64,000 nt of DNA, taken from assembly GCA_903900345.1 (NCBI GenBank), contig CAIUMO010000001.1, positions 16,960 to 80,959 of the forward strand, in the 5' to 3' direction. The first letter of the stretch is position 1, and the number at the start of each line of letters is the position of its first letter. A program made the translations under genes and the position numbers. Under the pieces are notes generated by a model. The model had not been told where the DNA came from. It saw only the letters and a list, made by a program, of their open reading frames with translations, and ran no database searches. This document shows positions 62,155 through 64,000 of this stretch, one piece after another. This stretch comes from an uncultured bacterium (GTDB lineage: Bacteria > Patescibacteriota > Saccharimonadia > Saccharimonadales > Saccharimonadaceae).

Positions 62155-63591
62155 ATGATGAGTTTCAATATTTTTGATTTTTTCATTTATAAATGGCGCT
62201 ACTGGATTGGCTACGGCATAATTACCGTTGGTTTGATTGCGGCTTTGATCTTTGCTGGTATGTATTTGCCAGGTGGCATCAGCCACCAAGAAATGCAGTC
62301 TGTTATTAAGAGCAATTCATTGGGCTTGACCAGTCTTTTTAAGTCTACCGACATCGTCCATCTGCCATATCATTTACTGCAACACGTCAGCCTAGCCATC
62401 TTTGGCGTCTCGATTTTAAGCATCAAACTGCCATCAATTATCTTGGCATTTTTATCGGCTATCGGTATGGTGCTGCTGTTAAGGTTATGGTTTAAGCCTG
62501 GAATTGCCGTCTTGGCATCGTTAATTGCCATCACTACTGGACAATTTATTTTTATCGCTCAAGACGGAACGCCTAGTATCTTGTACCTTTTTTGGCCAGT
62601 CTCATTGATATTATTAGCCAGCCTAATCTCTAGCCAAAAGAGGTTTAGAATGTTCTATAAAATGTCGTTCTTTATTGTTGCCGCACTGAGTATGTATACG
62701 CCACTCAATTTCTATATATTGATCGCGCTAGCTACGGCTATTATTCTGCATCCTCATCTGCGATTTATGATTCGACAATTATCGAAAAAAGAAATTATAG
62801 CATCGTTGGTTGTGGCTTTTTTGATGTTGATACCACTAATAGTCGCCTTGCTGAAAGCACCAAGTCTGGCTTTGACGTTATTGGGTATACCATCACACTG
62901 GCCAACGCTAAGTGCTAATTTCAGTTCACTTGGAGCTCAATACCTAGGCTTTAACAGACCAAGCGGCACATTACTAATGACACCATTCTTTGAGCTTGGA
63001 TCAATGTTAATAATAGCCATCGGTGTTTATCAATTAATCCAAAACCGAGAAACAGCCAAAGGTTATGTAATTGGATTGTGGCTACTTTGTTTGGCGCCTG
63101 TCATTATATTAAATCCGAATTTCACCAGCATAAGCTTCCTGCCGCTTGTTTTATTATTAGCCTTAGGGCTCAAAGCTTTATTGTCGCATTGGTATGAGTT
63201 ATTTCCATTTAATCCATATGCGCGAATCGGTGGCTTGATTCCAGTGGTTATATTAGTTGCCGTCTTGACCTTATCAGGTATCGATCGATATGTTCACGGT
63301 TACCAGTATGATCCAAATATCGCGCCTAACTTTTCGATGGATCTAAAGTTAATACCAGCTGATACCAAAAACTTAGTAGTATCAGATAATGAGTTAGCCT
63401 TTTACCAAGTTGTTTCCGAGCACAACAAAAAACCAGTCGTTACGACGATGCCGATTGCTGGTGAAAATAGCTTTTTAGCTACACGCCAAGCTAATCAAGC
63501 TTTTGCAGGCTTTAGAATTGATCGAATCATAACTTCGCCACTCAGTAGTGACAGTGACCGATTTTACTTATACACAAAGATAACTGATTGA
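62155..63591 (+). CDS. Polytopic membrane protein, GT-C (ArnT/PMT-like) glycosyltransferase candidate
   Basis: 478 aa with at least 10 hydrophobic segments and a soluble C-terminal ~110 aa. The family assignment rests on topology impression only. Confidence 0.45.
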   Translation: MMSFNIFDFFIYKWRYWIGYGIITVGLIAALIFAGMYLPGGISHQEMQSVIKSNSLGLTSLFKSTDIVHLPYHLLQHVSLAIFGVSILSIKLPSIILAFLSAIGMVLLLRLWFKPGIAVLASLIAITTGQFIFIAQDGTPSILYLFWPVSLILLASLISSQKRFRMFYKMSFFIVAALSMYTPLNFYILIALATAIILHPHLRFMIRQLSKKEIIASLVVAFLMLIPLIVALLKAPSLALTLLGIPSHWPTLSANFSSLGAQYLGFNRPSGTLLMTPFFELGSMLIIAIGVYQLIQNRETAKGYVIGLWLLCLAPVIILNPNFTSISFLPLVLLLALGLKALLSHWYELFPFNPYARIGGLIPVVILVAVLTLSGIDRYVHGYQYDPNIAPNFSMDLKLIPADTKNLVVSDNELAFYQVVSEHNKKPVVTTMPIAGENSFLATRQANQAFAGFRIDRIITSPLSSDSDRFYLYTKITD

Positions 63592-63636
63592 AGTATACTT
63601 AGACAGTAAGTATATTTTACTAAGAGGAGTACTAAT

Positions 63637-63927
63637 ATGGCGTTTGACCAAATAAAAATGATGAATAATCTACGTAAAGCTCAAAATGAGCTCAAAAAAG
63701 AAATTATCGAAGTTGAAGCTGGCGACGGTGCAGTTGTGATTCAGATCACTGGCGAACTAAAGATCAAGAAAATTAATATCGACCCTAAACAAGTTGATCT
63801 TGATGATATCGAAGAGCTTGAGCATTGGATCGAAATCGCTCTACGCGATGGCCTAGCTAAGGCTCAAGAAGTCGCTGCCGCAAAGATGAAACCTTTAATG
63901 GGTAGCCTGGGCAACCTTGGGTTATAG
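63637..63927 (+). CDS. ybaB: Nucleoid-associated protein YbaB/EbfC
   Basis: 96 aa. ...MMNNLRKAQNELKK...VEA..G.G.V...I.G...I..I.I. Confidence 0.9.
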   Translation: MAFDQIKMMNNLRKAQNELKKEIIEVEAGDGAVVIQITGELKIKKINIDPKQVDLDDIEELEHWIEIALRDGLAKAQEVAAAKMKPLMGSLGNLGL

Positions 63928-63936
63928 GTTTTAATC

Positions 63937-64000
63937 TTGTCTCAGTTACTTCCATCAGCACTTGTTAACGCCATTGATGAATTTGGGCGTCTACCTGGAG
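63937..64000 (+). CDS. recR: Recombination protein RecR, N-terminal fragment (continues beyond the window)
   Basis: TTG 63937 opens LSQLLPSALVNAIDEFGRLPG, matching the RecR N-terminus (...L...LPG). Conserved ybaB-recR adjacency. Confidence 0.55.
   Translation, partial: MSQLLPSALVNAIDEFGRLPG

Noticed and set aside
1-64000. Alternative genetic code (UGA recoding as in some CPR lineages)
   Set aside because: All conserved genes are full length under the standard code. TGA is used as a genuine stop, for example the GT gene at 29564-29566 overlapping the next ATG. No conserved protein is interrupted by in-frame TGA.

Overview
Bacterial chromosome segment using the standard genetic code. Single 60-nt lines I counted gave about 47% G+C in core genes and about 35% in the 32-34 kb accessory genes. 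Layout: (1) 1-20.7 kb is the str-S10-spc-alpha ribosomal superoperon (rpsL, rpsG, fusA, tuf, rpsJ, rplC ... rplO, secY, infA, rpmJ, rpsM, rpsK, rpsD, rpoA, rplQ, rplM, rpsI). It has no L30 gene, and a pilin-LamG fusion gene sits where adk-map usually lie. (2) 20.8-31.0 kb holds trpS, a pseudouridine synthase, holB, a TPR protein, tRNA-Tyr/Thr/Thr with a free-standing LAGLIDADG-like ORF that runs into a tRNA, yajQ, rpmG, a minus-strand alpha-glucan operon (GT4-GH57-GH15) and tRNA-Trp. (3) 31.1-50.4 kb is an accessory block between tRNA-Trp and secE. It holds small nuclease/toxin-like genes, two MacB-type ABC modules, a 995-aa Fn3-rich surface protein with a DUF1566 partner, and an orphan histidine kinase. 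(4) 50.5-64 kb holds secE-nusG-rplK-rplA, a galU/thyA/folA/dcd/tmk insert, rplJ-rplL, dnaX, dnaB, a GT-C-like membrane protein, ybaB and the start of recR. Missing L30, Cys-less L36/L33, r-protein extensions and the surface/pilin repertoire fit a CPR/Patescibacteria (Saccharibacteria-like) genome; this is inference only. The least explained signal is a very GC-rich, roughly 314-nt, heavily base-paired element between convergent thyA and folA. Its 48-nt 3' module recurs with 100% identity in a truncated copy just upstream of the rplC promoter. I could not match it to RNase P, SRP, tmRNA or intron signatures. No CRISPR array, rRNA, integrase or reverse transcriptase was seen.
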